From contig OX597826.1 of the NCBI GenBank assembly GCA_951406725.2, positions 60,160,001 to 60,284,000 on the forward strand: a DNA stretch of 124,000 nt. Reading direction: 5' to 3'. Within the stretch, counting starts at the first letter, position 1; each line of letters begins with the position of its first letter. This DNA comes from Octopus vulgaris. Taxonomy: Eukaryota. Of this stretch, positions 91,833-105,628 are shown one piece after another. The notes under the pieces were generated by a model that did not search any database, was not told the DNA's origin, and saw only the letters and a program-made list of their open reading frames with translations. The position numbers and the translations under genes are program-made.

Positions 91833-94129
91833 CCTGCTCGCTTAGCCAGCGGGGTGGCGTCATTCGAAGGCTAAAACAATGCGAACGCATTGTGACCAGC
91901 GATGTGTAACAACATCTGATGGTCTGGTCAGTCACGTGATCACGTGATATATATATATACATATATATATATACACATACATATACATATGTATATATAT
92001 ATATATATAATATAATTATATAAATATATGCATACATGTATATACATACCTACCTATTTATGTATATATACACGCATATAAGGGTACAGGACAAAAAAAA
92101 ACGTGCAACACAATAAGAAACGAAAACATAAAAACAAAATCATAGAGACGAAATTGTTTTTCAAATACCGAAAAAAACAGCGTACAAAACATACAACACA
92201 AGGAATATTCCCCTTCTTCAGTTGTCCCTGTTTCATCTACTCCGTGTTGCGAACGTAAGAACAAGACGCGACTTTTTGAAACAATCCTTCCTTCAAAGTA
92301 AATTAAATAAAAGTGGTAACAAGAACAATACAGTAAAAACAATAAAAATGCAGAAACAGTAAAAGAAAGAACAATGAGAACAAAACAGCAAAAACGAACG
92401 ATGAAGTTTGTTAAGCCAAGACGATGGAAAAATTATTGTGAAAACTTACGGAGACAGCTTATGAAAGAGACAGGATAAGCTGGTCAGGTCTTGGTGAAGA
92501 TAGCAGTTGGAAAGATGGCTTCCCTCTGATTACATCTCAGTGATGAGAGAGTCGAGGAGGAGGAGGAGGAGGAGGGGGAGGAGTACGAGAGAGGGAACGG
92601 TAAAGAGGAGAGGAGAAGAATAAGGAAGGGTGGGAGAGAAAATCAGACACGATGAAGAACAAGAGAAGGAGACAGATAGACAGAGAACAAATAGTAAAAC
92701 AGAAGATACATACATATATGTGTGTGTATGTAGTTGTGTGTAAACCCTGAAATAGATATAATTAAGCAGATAAAAATAGAAAAATATAGCAATCAACCAT
92801 TTATATCACTTCAAATCAATATACGAGAAAAATACCATTGTCAGGAAAGACAATGTGTAACAAAAAATTTTTAAATGTTACATGAGATAGATATTATTTT
92901 TGCTCATAATTTTCAAATGACTAAATATTTTACTCTGTCTGAACATTTCTTGTACAAATTTTTTTTTTTCATTTCTCATAATCACAACTGTATCATCTTG
93001 TGTTATTATTATATGGTGTTACATTTTTCATTATGATTATTCGTAAGTGCAGAAAATTAGTCTACGTAGCTGTATCAAATTGTTTGACAGCTTTTCGCTT
93101 TTAAATTAATAAACTGTTATAATATAGACAAGTAATTTAATAATTCATTCACATAATGTTTCTTTTGTCAGAATGTATAACAACAAATTCGTGATATCAA
93201 GTGAGTAGGTCATTCACTATATACACATAGTTTTTGTCTTACAACGTATAATACGTTGTTTGTTACCAAAGCCATGTGCTTATGCATATAAGCATATATC
93301 TATGTACGCGTAAATACATCTGAAGGCGCGTGAGTTGGTATGTAGGGGCATGCAGCTCACGATAGTGAGGTCTCGCGTTCGATTCCCGACTGCTTGATGT
93401 GTCATTGAGCAAGAGACTTTATTTCACGTTGCGCCAGTCTACTCAGCTGGCAAAAATATATGGTACTTCTAATTCAAACGACCAGCTATTTCACTTCCCG
93501 TGTCACGCTGAATCTCCCTGAGAACTATTTTAGTGGTACGCGCATCCGTGGAGTACTCAACTATTGCACGTTAATTTCATGAGCAGGTTGTTCTGTTGAT
93601 CGGATCAACTGCAACGCAATCCGTTTCATCACGACAAAATGAAGCTTCTTACACCTCTTCTAATTTTCAAGAAGTTTTAGCATTTAGTCGTTAGATGTTT
93701 GAATGTATTTGGCCAGTCCTAATGCGGTAGATTTGTAAAAAATATATTAAGATTGAGTCAAGCCTCGATCTCCTTGGGCTCCGGGAAGAACAAAAACGAT
93801 TCACGTCTGGCTTTGAGCCGTGCATCATATAACGAGATAGCAGCTTACGCATTTTCTTCCTTTATTCCATTCATGTTCTAGTTCAACACATTGAAGCTAT
93901 AAGCAATTTATACCTAACACCTTTATGAATGAATTTATGGTTAACACTTTGTTATGTGCATTTAGCTCAGATTTCAGGACTGCTCCAACTCGACTATAAC
94001 ATTCCTTTTTAATCTACTTATGCTTGCATGCTGAATGCTAGAGCCTTCATTTATTCCTAGGTATGTGTAAGTTTGTTCCTGCCCAAATTCATTTATGAGT
94101 GAACATTCGATACTACTGAATTTGGGGTC

Positions 94130-94900
94130 TTCACTTTACCTTTTTGGAAAGTAACCTGGCACATTTATCAGAACAATATCCACGCAAATGTCATCACTGG
94201 ATGCTTTCACAGTACTTAATAGGCCTTGAAGCTCATCATTGCCTTTGCCATAGAATCTTAAGTCATCCATATAGAAAAGATGGCTTATTTTCTTGAGATA
94301 TTTTTTATCCATACCCTGGTCTGTTATGTTCACATGGAAGGGGTATTAGTGCTGCGCAAAAAATCAGAGGTGAAGGTGAAACGTTATAGAAAATGCCACA
94401 GTAGATGGAGTGATATAATTGTTCCAATTAAATCACTGCATTTTGGTGATATTATTGGACATTCGCATTCCACAATGACAAATTATGCTTCAGGAATTTT
94501 GAAATTGCAGAAGTTTGAAGATGCCCAGCAATTGCAAGATCCATAAATATAATATGCTTTCAAAGGCCTTTATTGCAATCAATCCATGCAGGACTGAGGT
94601 TCTTGAGTATCATGCGATTAATTAGGAATTGATCTTTGCATCCATATAACCCTTTTTGTTCAGTGAGGAAACATCCTTCTGTTCTTTAAATGCATATGCA
94701 TTCTCCACGGCCTAGTCATTAAAATTTTATAAGTGGTGAATAAACAGGATATGAACTGGTTTCATTATTCTTTGGGAGTAGATAACAAAGACCACATGTG
94801 AAGAAGTCACGTATTTTCTTAGGGAACATTACATTAATTTTATCAGCGTCAGTATATCTCGAAATAAATTAGGTACTATTCTTTTCCATTACGTTTTATG
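94130..94900 (-). pseudogene. Non-LTR reverse transcriptase remnant (R4-like)
   Basis: ISHLFYMDDLRFYGK catalytic motif; decayed. Confidence 0.7.
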
Positions 94901-95019
94901 ATGTCTTATAATATAGAATTGGCTGCCATGTCTTGTAGAACGAGTCGTTACCTCGAAACAAATACACTTTTATTCATATTGTTTGACCTTCGTGTGATTT
95001 TCTAAGATATCATTGTACA

Positions 95020-95290
95020 ACCAGATCTTCTTGAGACCGAATACAATGCTGGCTTTTGAGACAACAAAGCAGCTTATCGCAATGAATTTAACTGTATCCT
95101 AGAGGAGAGATGCAACAGAAGAAGTGAACTAAGTATAGTGACTTGGAGAAAGATTGTAACATGTTGGGGGGAACCCGAGATGCTTACTAGTGGAAGTTGG
95201 CAGTAGGACTTACACTGAGTAAATTGGGCATTGAAAGAAGATGTAGAAACATGAAGAACAACGCAGAGTCGGCTGAGAAGCATCTAGGTG
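95020..95290 (+). pseudogene. HERO/R2-superfamily REL endonuclease remnant
   Basis: LRPNTML..., KYSDLEKDC...LLVEVGSR resemble the C-terminal REL domain. Confidence 0.5.
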
Positions 95291-96250
95291 AATCATTATG
95301 GTTAGTAAAAAGATGTAATATGTGGTGTAAGTAGAATGTTGCTTGGAGCACAGGCCTAGTCATGATAAAGATATTTCGGTTCTCCTGGTTAAAAGTTTAT
95401 ACTGTAAGAAACGAAATCAGCGATGCCAGGATGCAGAACTGACAGCCTGTCCAAAATTTGCATCTGTAGGTACATGTGGAACTAGTATGTGTCATGAGAA
95501 TAAATTTACCTAGGCTTAGGTCTGCATCGTCATCTATGAATTCTTACGGATGTTGTTTATGCTTTTGTCATTTTTACTCCAAAATTTGATGTGAAAACTC
95601 GAGGAGATAGAATTTTAATAAAACAAGTGTGTTTATTAACATCTACTCAAGACACGACACGAAATGATAAAGTAAAATAAACCACAAAAATTGTAGACAT
95701 TCAGTTAATATCAAATTTAGATAGGCGAGTATGCTTCCTACCAAATACTGCATTGATGTTTTGTTGCTTTGGTTATTGGTGATGCTACTCTTGTTGTTTT
95801 TCAGCGCCTACAAGTTCTATAGAAAAGAAAAGAAGGTTTTAATATGCAATAATTATCAATATCTTTTGTAGACACAAAGAAGGAATAACTGGATATTTGA
95901 ATAAATAAACGTATTGAGATGTACTTACATTATTCCATAAGTAGATAGAATATTCTGTGATATTACAGAATAATTTGAAATGTTCGTCATATCATGTATT
96001 CATATTAATATTTCGATATTTTATTTTTGCGAATATTTTATTTAGTTTCTCGTTTTTAATGAAATGTCTTTGTTAGTTTCTTACACAAAATTTTCGTTTC
96101 ATACACTTAAATATTAATATTGTTGAAGACTTCTTCACAATTTTTCTTATGTATTTTTAAAATTCTGCAACAGATATTCTAGACTCTACTAGAAAGTATC
96201 TTGCTGTCTCTGTTTACATGGCGTAATATCTGAATTTTTACATATATGCA

Positions 96251-96319
<69 letters not shown>

Positions 96320-96339
96320 ATGTGTGTGTGTATGTGTGT

Positions 96340-96381
<42 letters not shown>

Positions 96382-96456
96382 ATACAAGCATATATACATA
96401 TATGCATATGTTTAGGTATATTTGTATGTGTATGTAGGTCTGTATATTCGTATATG

Positions 96457-96596
<140 letters not shown>

Positions 96597-96931
96597 TAAA
96601 TATATAGACATATATATGCGCATGTATCTATGTATATATGCAAGCGCCTGTGAAGGAGCACCAACGCGGATATGCACGTCTATATACATAAGCAAACACG
96701 CACACACACACACTCATATATATGTGTGCTTATACATATGAATATGCATATACATTCCGTGTGAGGATGAGCAGTGTTGTTATAAAAAGAAATACATATG
96801 TAACGTATTACCGTGAGAGCGTTTATGTGTCTGTGAGCGTGTGTGTGTATTGTGTGTGTTTGTGTTTCAGCGTATTTCTGTGAATGTGCTTGGTTTCGTG
96901 TACTGTATGTGAAGGTGATTGTTTCATATTT

Positions 96932-97005
<74 letters not shown>

Positions 97006-97329
97006 GTTATTATTACTATTGATAACATCATCATCATCATCATCATCATCATCAGCGGCAGTAGCAGTAACAGCAGCAGCAGCAGTATCATATGTCTGCA
97101 AATTCTTAGTGAGACACACACGCATAGACACACGTAGATTTAGCAGGGTGTGAATATACGCGTACACATTATTTTAACATACATATTACATATATCAGTT
97201 TTTGCTAGTATCTTATATTTTGGGTAAGAAAAACTTTTCCAAATTCTTATGTAAACATCCACATGGAATTGGTGAAAAAATTCTCTATCTCTCTTTTTAC
97301 ACATACATACACACACACATACAAGTATA

Positions 97330-97361
<32 letters not shown>

Positions 97362-98311
97362 CATATATGAATGTGTATATATATATATGAATGTATATAT
97401 GCATAGAGAGAGACAGAGACAGAGACAGATAGACAGAGAGAGAGATAAGCACATATATACATATAGATATTTATCTTTCAATCTACTCCTCATACCAAAA
97501 TCTTCTTTCCCTCATACTTCTTCTTATCCTTCTCTTCTCAATACTATTTTTTAAATTAGTTTTGGTTATTAATGTTGGTATTAATAAATGTGAAAGTTGG
97601 ATTGAATCATAGAGTGATTTACTACGATAATTTACATCATGTGTTCAAAATCCACTGTGGAGGCGACACTTTCGTGACAAAAGACGTGCTAGCTTGTATC
97701 TTGGACGACGATTCAACTGAGAGATATCTCGCTGCCATGGCTGTGTTGTTAATAATTTCGCTTTGCAACATGGTCTCTGCTTCAGTCACAGCCGGCGATA
97801 CATTTTGATATTGTCCTCTCCTGAATTCTCGGACCGACGAATGTCTCCACATTGAATATGGTACATGGAAAATATGCAAATGCTTGTCGTGAGTGTGTGT
97901 GTGTGTGTATGTGTAAGTGTGTCCTTGCGTGCATGTTGTTGGCATGTTTACTTACCCGTATATTAAAGGTTCAGTGAAGGTAGATAGAGAACAATTACTC
98001 TAGAAATATGCACAGGGGTCAATTTCTTTAACTACGCCCTTCGAAGTAGTATCGTGGATGGTCGTAGATTCAATAACTAACCAAAGATAAAACATTCTAA
98101 GTGTGTAATTTCCTAATTATATTTGAAACCATTATGCATATTAATATGAAGTTGGTATAATAATGTGGTATTATGTAATATTGATGCTTGTAAGATAGTG
98201 TGATAATACAGTGGCGCTGGTATATATTAGTATGTCTTAATGTGAGTTGAGTATTATGAGAATTTCAGTACTATTTTCGTTTCGCTTTGTCAGAAACTTT
98301 TAATGCAAATA

Positions 98312-98423
<112 letters not shown>

Positions 98424-99907
98424 TAAAGAGAAAAAGAGAGCGAGAGAAAGGGGAGACTGAATGAATGTAATCATATCCAGCGAAAGATCAGAGGTCTTTC
98501 CCGAGTCACAGACTCATGTCATCGATTCTGGACCGTGTATCATAATATCGCTCTGGGCAGAACACCTATCCGTCGCAGTATTTTACATTTTTGCCCGCTG
98601 AGTGAACTGGGACAAAGTGTTTTGCTCAAGAACACGATGTATCGCCTGATCCAGGAATCCAAATCCTGATCATATGTATATGAATATTATATATGCATAT
98701 ATACAGTTATTGCGGCTTTTCTACCAGTGGAACCTGAAAATGTTAGAAAAAAATATCCTTCAGACAGAAAACGTCGATGGCTTACGCGTGGGACTCGAAC
98801 ACACACATTCTGTAAACATGATAATGTTCTACAATAGCGTCAAAGCAATCTGTCGTATTTCTTTATCCATTTAAGAAACTATGTTCTTATCTCCGAGAAT
98901 TGAAAGTTGTTAACGTCATAGAAATTTACAAGCTTCGAATGTACATGCAATTCGTAATTTCACTTAAACATATAACTAGAATTAGATAATGCTGTGCATT
99001 ATATTAGGAAAAAGGTTTCTAAAATAGAGAATTTCGAAGGATTGCTATCGTCCTATTTCAGAACGCCTGTCATGTCTATAGAAGAAATGGGTTCGTAAAC
99101 CACAGCTTACCTTCAATTTTTCTATCCAAATAATGAAAGGTAAGGTACATTCCGAAAATTAAATAGACTTTTATATTCACGGTTTGGATTTCAATTGCGA
99201 CAATATTGAACATTAGTAAATTTTGTACATTGTTTTCGTTGCTATATGCGTGTTAGATCGAGATTACTTATCGAAGACACACAGAAAGACACTAGCGCGC
99301 TTTCACCAGCAAGTAGGGACAGAAACTCGATAGATTAATCGTGTTTCTGTATAGATTATATAATAGTAATCTACCCTCAGCTCCCATGAACGGTAACAAA
99401 GCAACAATCGGACTGATCTGGTGAGAGATGTCTTCGAAGCTTCTTTGTATGTTTGGATTTATAGTGTATCACTGTGCCTGGGTAATACTTCTCTCGCAAC
99501 CCGTGGGCTTGCTGTAAGATCGTTTCTCTTTTATATCTTGAGAAACAGCAAATATTTATTTGTGATACCATAATCACCATATCTGTGTCCAACACTTTCC
99601 AGCCGAGGTTGGTCAGTATGGGGACTAGTTCTTCATTCAATAGAAAAGACAGGGGGTACTTCCTCGAGCATGGAATGGAAATTTCACATCAATCGTGCCG
99701 AAATTTCTCTCTCGAGCAACGTATGTTTGGTCTCCCTGATATGTTTTACATGGTGTCTGGTTAATTCGTCGACGGCAATTTGACGTCGTATAGTTTGTCT
99801 CCAGTCAATTCATCGTTGGTCAGTTCGTTCCCAGGACAATTCGTCGAGATCATAGATAAAATGGAAGAACGTATATCTGAATTAAAACACGATTTAAATA
99901 TTACATA

Positions 99908-100322
99908 TTCTTTTACTTGTTTGAGTCATTGGACTGCAGCCATGCTGGAGCACCGACTTTAGTCGAGCAAATCGACCCCGGGACTTATTCTTTGTAAGCC
100001 CAGTACTTATTCTATCAGTCTCTTTTGCCGAACCGCCAAGTGACGGGGACGTTAACACACCAGTATCGGTTGTCAAGCAATGCTAGGGGGACAAACACAG
100101 ACACACAAACATATACACACACATAAATATATATATATATATATATACATACATATATACGACAGGCTTATTTCAGTTTCCGTCTACCAAATCCACTCAC
100201 AAGGTAGTGGTCGGCCCAAGGCTATAGCAGAAGACACTTGCCCAAGATGCCACGCAATGGGACTGAACCTGGAACCATGTGCTTGGTAAGCAAGCTACTT
100301 ACCAGACAGCCACTCCTGCGCA
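99908..100322 (-). mobile_element. SINE family B
   Basis: Matches the consensus. Confidence 0.85.
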
Positions 100323-100899
100323 TATTTAGTTTTACTTAAAATTTAAGATTTTGTGCAATTGCTTTTAGAAAAATGTTTTGGGTTGGATATACTACTGTAC
100401 ATTTAAGGACACTGTACTTCATTGTACATAGGAAATATTTTCGCCATTTTGAAAATCATGTAGTGATCGAAAGTCATCTCTTGTGTTAGACGCGCTAAAT
100501 TGAAGCCGAAAGCAGCCGGTTTGTTAGGCTTTGTTATTGACGTTACTAATGACATTAGTTCTAATACTGGTGATGGTGGTGGTGTCGGTGGTGGTGCTGG
100601 TGGTGTTGGTAGTGTCGGTGGTGCCTGGTGCTGGTGCTGGTGATGTCGATGGTGAAGTTTACTTCAATGCCCTCTTCTCTGTCCTATATGCCATGGTCCT
100701 TACTGTTGTTAATAGGAAAAGTGCTGCTGGGGGAAAGGGGTGTTGTTATCTTCTGTCTTACTTCACTGAGGTTGTTTTATTGTTTTTGTCGCTATTGTAG
100801 TAGGTAATATTTTCATTGCTGTCGATGATGTCGTTCCCGGTGCTGCTGCTGCTGCTACACGTTTCCATTAGAACTGGGATAGGAAAGAGTAATTGTGTC

Positions 100900-101420
100900 A
100901 CCGATACGAAGTGGGGCCGGTCGAAGATGCTCGTTCTCAAGCGAAACACCGCCGCTGCCACGCCATGAGGCCTATTGCGTTGCGTAGGCATCCGCCCCTT
101001 CTCTCCATATCTGTGATTTTCCTTCGCTGCGCTGCTGGCTTGCCTCCACTTGCAAATTTACTTACTGCGCTCGTTCCCTGTTACCGCGTAGCAGGGTGCT
101101 CCCTTTCATTTTCTCGCTCGTTCGTTTCTATATTTGCTTGTTTGCTTGCCTTCTTCGCGCGTCTGTTCGCTCGCTTCTGTCTCCGTCTCCGAGCTCACCA
101201 CGCACCCGGCGGGCCCCTGACGTCTCCTCCTCCTCCCGCCGCCAACGCCTTCGCAACATTTTGTTCGCTTCGTTTCTGTGCGGGGCCGCCTCGAAAGGGC
101301 GGATCATATCGTTCGCGAGAAGACACTCAATAGATCGCAGTGTGGTAGCTGCTCTACTAAGCACGTCACTGCGAACAGCAAGTCGAGTCGTATGGAAGGG
101401 AATTTTTTCGCTGGTACATT
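100900..101420. promoter_or_regulatory. CpG/GC-rich island, candidate promoter or 5' exon
   Basis: Abrupt GC- and CpG-rich non-repetitive sequence in an AT-rich background. On the minus strand, AAAATG at 101109 is followed by a GTAAGT donor after 101066. Confidence 0.45.
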
Positions 101421-102436
101421 TCCGACTACCATTCATATTCCCTTTGCAAAGCTATATTATTTTAGCATGAATGTTTCTTTCTTTTTCCGTTCCACTTTGT
101501 CCCCCTTTAATAATTGAAAAAACAAAAAACATTCCGAAGGGAAGGAATATCAGAAAGACCAGTTGTGCTCCAGAAAATTGGTGGGTTTAATAATAAATTA
101601 CCTTAAGGCAACAAATGTCCTTTTTCAAATAAACACATTTAGCAACAACAACAACAACAAAAATATTACTAATAATTTCCTTTATTTTCAACAAGGACTC
101701 GAAGAGATACAATAGCACGTAAGAAGCAAACAATTAATGGTGAGCTCACACAAATGCGTAGATCACATAGATATTGTACATAAAGACGAGGAGAGGACAG
101801 ACATTTTCTACAATATATAAAAGTGAAAATTTATAAAAGATACTCAAATAAACAGACGGCATAATAAATAAAAATGCAATAAAAGAAACAATACTCGAAC
101901 CAGATGAGGTCGGGTATGCATATGTATTTGTGAGTATGAGTGTAGCAAATTTAAGAGTCCAGTTATAAAGGCAGATTACTAATTCATGAATAAATAACAT
102001 TTCTGATTCCTTGTGCTGATATTGCTAGAAATGTTCGTACGTCAAAGTATGCAACGAAGGGCCGCATACAAAGGATTGCTAACATATACTAGCTCTCAAA
102101 GATTTGCTCATATTTTTTCCTTCTTTATATACTGTTCAAAACGTTGTCTCTTTTCTACGCAGATTTGCTCTTTGTCAGCAAATTGCTATTATTGCATTGC
102201 GTAAAAGATTCTTCAGATGTTCGTTAAAATTGTGAAGGTCTGTAAATTTTATCTCTTGATGAAAGTCGTCGTCATCATCATCATCGTCATCGATATTGTC
102301 ATTATTGTTGGATTTTGCTGTGGCTTTTCGTCCTTTCGAAGGTGATCAAAGAATTACCAGTTAAGCACTGGAGTCGAGGTAATCGGCTAGCACGCTCTCC
102401 CAAAATTTTCAGACCTTGTGCCTGTAGTACAAATGA

Positions 102437-102518
<82 letters not shown>

Positions 102519-102534
102519 CATCATCATCATCATC

Positions 102535-103745
102535 ATTCAGTAGTTTTATTTTTATAACGTGCTTTTACTTCACTACCGAGCGCAGCTCTGTGTGCCTTGG
102601 GTACGTGCCGTGGTTTGCTGTGATGCTCTTATGGTTACTGTATTGAACGTGTTTTGCGTAGGATGTGTACAGTGTTCAGTAGTGGAATTTTCTGTACGTT
102701 ATATATATTTGTAAGGCATGGTGTTTTGTTATGTAGTTGTCTGAATATTTTTTATCATATCTAATGCGCCCACTATGATAGGAATTGTTTCCGTTTTTAT
102801 ATTCCACATTCGAGCTACCTCTATTTCCGGGTCTTTGTATTTTGAAAGTTTCTCCATTACTTTTAGAGAAACGTTGTCATCTGCTGGTATTGATACATCA
102901 ATTAGAAAGCATTTTTTTCTTCATGATCTCTGACAACTATATCTGGCCTATTGGCCTTAATTTTTCTATCTGTGTGTATTGGTATAACCCAGAGTATGGT
103001 TGCTTTCTCGTTTTCTGTGACCTGTTCTGGCGTGTGCTTATACCATCTTTTTCTGATGTTATTCCATAGTGTTGGCATAGCTTCCAGTGTATGTAGGTCC
103101 CAAATCTATCGTGTTTGTGAATATATTCCTTCTTACCCAGGATTGAGCAGCCAGAGATAATATAATTTATTGTTTCTTGTCCATCCCCACATATTCAGCA
103201 TTTAATTGTTATGTTTCTTTTCATTATATGGTTTTTGTAATTTCTGGTGGGCAGGCTTTGGTCTCGTGCAGGAATAAAAAATCTTTCGGTCTCTGCTTTG
103301 AGTCCTCAGTTTCTCAACCATTGCTGGGCTTTTTCTCCGTCTATTTCTTTTGCATTTCGTTTGGCCCAGTATTTGCCATGAAGGGGCTTTTCTTGCCATT
103401 ATTTTATCATAGTCCCTTGCTGTTCTAGTTTAGTTATAGCTTTTATTGTTTCTTCTTTTTCTTCATATTTGTTAGGTAATATGATGTCTTGTTTGTATTT
103501 GTTAGGTAATATGATTTCTTGTTTGTATTTGTCAGCTTCCTTAAATACTGAAAACAGTTTTTTGTTTTGCTCCTGTTTTGTGGCTATTTGTATTAGTTTT
103601 CCTTGCTTCTGAAGTAGGTATTTTTGCAGTCCTATGCTGGTTATTTTATAATAGTTTTCAAGCTGTATAAGGCCTCTACCACCTTCTATACGTTGTATGT
103701 ATACCCTTTCCATGTCAGATTTTGGATGGTGCTTCCTAGATCCTG
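102535..103745 (-). pseudogene. R4/Dong-like non-LTR retrotransposon 3' fragment
   Basis: ERVYIQRIEGGRGL post-RT motif; same 3' terminus as 26531-26907. Confidence 0.85.
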
Positions 103746-103802
103746 TTATTAATATTATTATTATTATTACTATTGGTGGTGGTGGTGGTGGTGGTGGTGG
103801 TG

Positions 103803-103838
<36 letters not shown>

Positions 103839-104184
103839 AGGTTGTAAACTGGCAGGATTGCTTAGCGGCATTTCTTCCGTCTCTTGCATTTCATTCTCTC
103901 GGCGTCGATGAAATAAGTACCCGTTAGTCACTGGGGTAAATGTAAATCGACTACACCCTTCCCACAAAATTTCACGCCTTGTCGCTTTAGTAGATAGAAA
104001 GAAATTATATTTTATCATCAGTTATCATAAATGTTTTTTTGATGCTGCTATTTCTCTGGTTTTTTTTTTTTTAAATATTTTTGGCTTGTTTTTTTCTGTA
104101 GTTTTTCCTTTCCATTTACATCAAAATAGTTAAAATATTGTTTTCTGGATTTCTTCATTCCTGCACTCGGCATAAACGCATTAT

Positions 104185-104244
<60 letters not shown>

Positions 104245-104291
104245 GCAGCAGTAGCAGCCGCAGTAACAGTAGTAACAGTAGTAACAGTAGT

Positions 104292-104322
<31 letters not shown>

Positions 104323-104324
104323 AC

Positions 104325-104389
<65 letters not shown>

Positions 104390-104431
104390 CAGCAGCAGCA
104401 GCGTGAATGTTGAACTCATAAACATCTTTCT

Positions 104432-105628
104432 TCATAGTCGGTTATTCTTTGATAAGATATTCTTAAAGTATTTCAGATGGAATTCTCTAGAAATGAAACT
104501 GATTTCCTGTTTTTGCGAAGTGCTAGGTTTAACTTTAACTTTTTTCGTGTATTTACAATGTGAGAAACACCGAAATATTGCGACTAATTCTTTACGAAAC
104601 TGTTTACTTGTAACTATATACCAGAGAAAATTCATGCTGTGGTGAGTTAGTGAAAGGAGTCGAAGGTATGAAAATGTTTTCGACGTTTTGTAACCGTCGT
104701 GGGAGACATCGTATAAAATATTTACCGAGACAGGTGTACATGTTAGGAAAAAAAATATGTTATTATAGACAACCATTCTAGTATTAGCGGATATCCGACG
104801 CCTTCGGGAATCTAAAGTACTTGTTTGACATAACAAAGGTCTAGAGAGTATCGTGCGTATAATCAGTACATTACATATCATCATAATAAGTGATGGAATG
104901 ATGCTGTGTAGGAATATACGTAGCCAGTTATCAAAATGTTCAACGAAGTAGAGATAATTTATGGAATTCAGAGTGCACTTGCCTAGTTCAAATAAATGTG
105001 ATTCGCTGGGAAAATCCAATGTGATGTTGCTTTTCGATTCGGTTACGTTGGCGTGTTTGCTAGAATAATTCTGGCTTATGTTGACTAGTAACAGTTGCTG
105101 CGACTTTGTCGTGTCCCCCATGCCAATGAGAAAATGGGAATCATACACTGCGAGTATTAAAAATGTTACTGTGATTTTGACTAAGCTAGCACGAGGATGG
105201 ATTTGAACGTGACTACTCAGTGGCTTAGTTACAAACAACATCTTCTCGAGGGATATGAGGACTAAATTCCAAGATGAGCAATCTATGAAATACGAAGAGA
105301 AGAATTGACCTGTTTTACATAAGAATTCATTCAGTTTTGTCACATGGATACCAAACGTGAATGCTAGCCATTTACGGAACAAGGTGCATATAACAGCCCC
105401 CATATCAACGGTAAGTTGAGATAAGAGGTAAATGTTAAGTCTTTGCACTTTCATCGATGATCGAGTGAGAATATACATAGAAATCATGTTACCTGAGAGT
105501 CCGAAAATCAGAAGAAATCCACCAAACCATATCCATAACCCGACAGCAACGACATTATCATGAATATATTGATCTAGTGTATCACTAGAAATTGTTTCTT
105601 TGTTGTTCAAGACAGCAGAGGAATCCAT
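104432..105628 (-). CDS. Intronless rhodopsin-like (class A) GPCR, 398 aa; orphan peptide-receptor-like (FMRFamide-receptor/GPR139-like invertebrate group)
   Basis: Only long non-repetitive ORF. The track starts at GTG 105652; the first ATG is 105628 (MDSSAVL). Seven hydrophobic segments with class A landmarks: GN in TM1 (GLSGNMIS), D2.50 (LTVD), Cys before TM3 (FLCK), SSWNLVLISLEKM (DRY position), ECL2 Cys (GKCT), P5.50 (IIPS), P6.50 (TCTP), NFLWY (NPxxY position), helix 8 SKQFRKEL. Confidence 0.93.
   Translation of the reverse strand: MDSSAVLNNKETISSDTLDQYIHDNVVAVGLWIWFGGFLLIFGLSGNMISMYILTRSSMKVQRLNIYLLSQLTVDMGAVICTLFRKWLAFTFGIHVTKLNEFLCKTGQFFSSYFIDCSSWNLVLISLEKMLFVTKPLSSHVQIHPRASLVKITVTFLILAVYDSHFLIGMGDTTKSQQLLLVNISQNYSSKHANVTESKSNITLDFPSESHLFELGKCTLNSINYLYFVEHFDNWLRIFLHSIIPSLIMMICNVLIIRTILSRPLLCQTSTLDSRRRRISANTRMVVYNNIFFFLTCTPVSVNILYDVSHDGYKTSKTFSYLRLLSLTHHSMNFLWYIVTSKQFRKELVAIFRCFSHCKYTKKVKVKPSTSQKQEISFISREFHLKYFKNILSKNNRL

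Noticed and set aside
92190-92230. CTGAAGAAG-stem motif on the minus strand
   Set aside because: Lacks the GAAA half of the hammerhead core.
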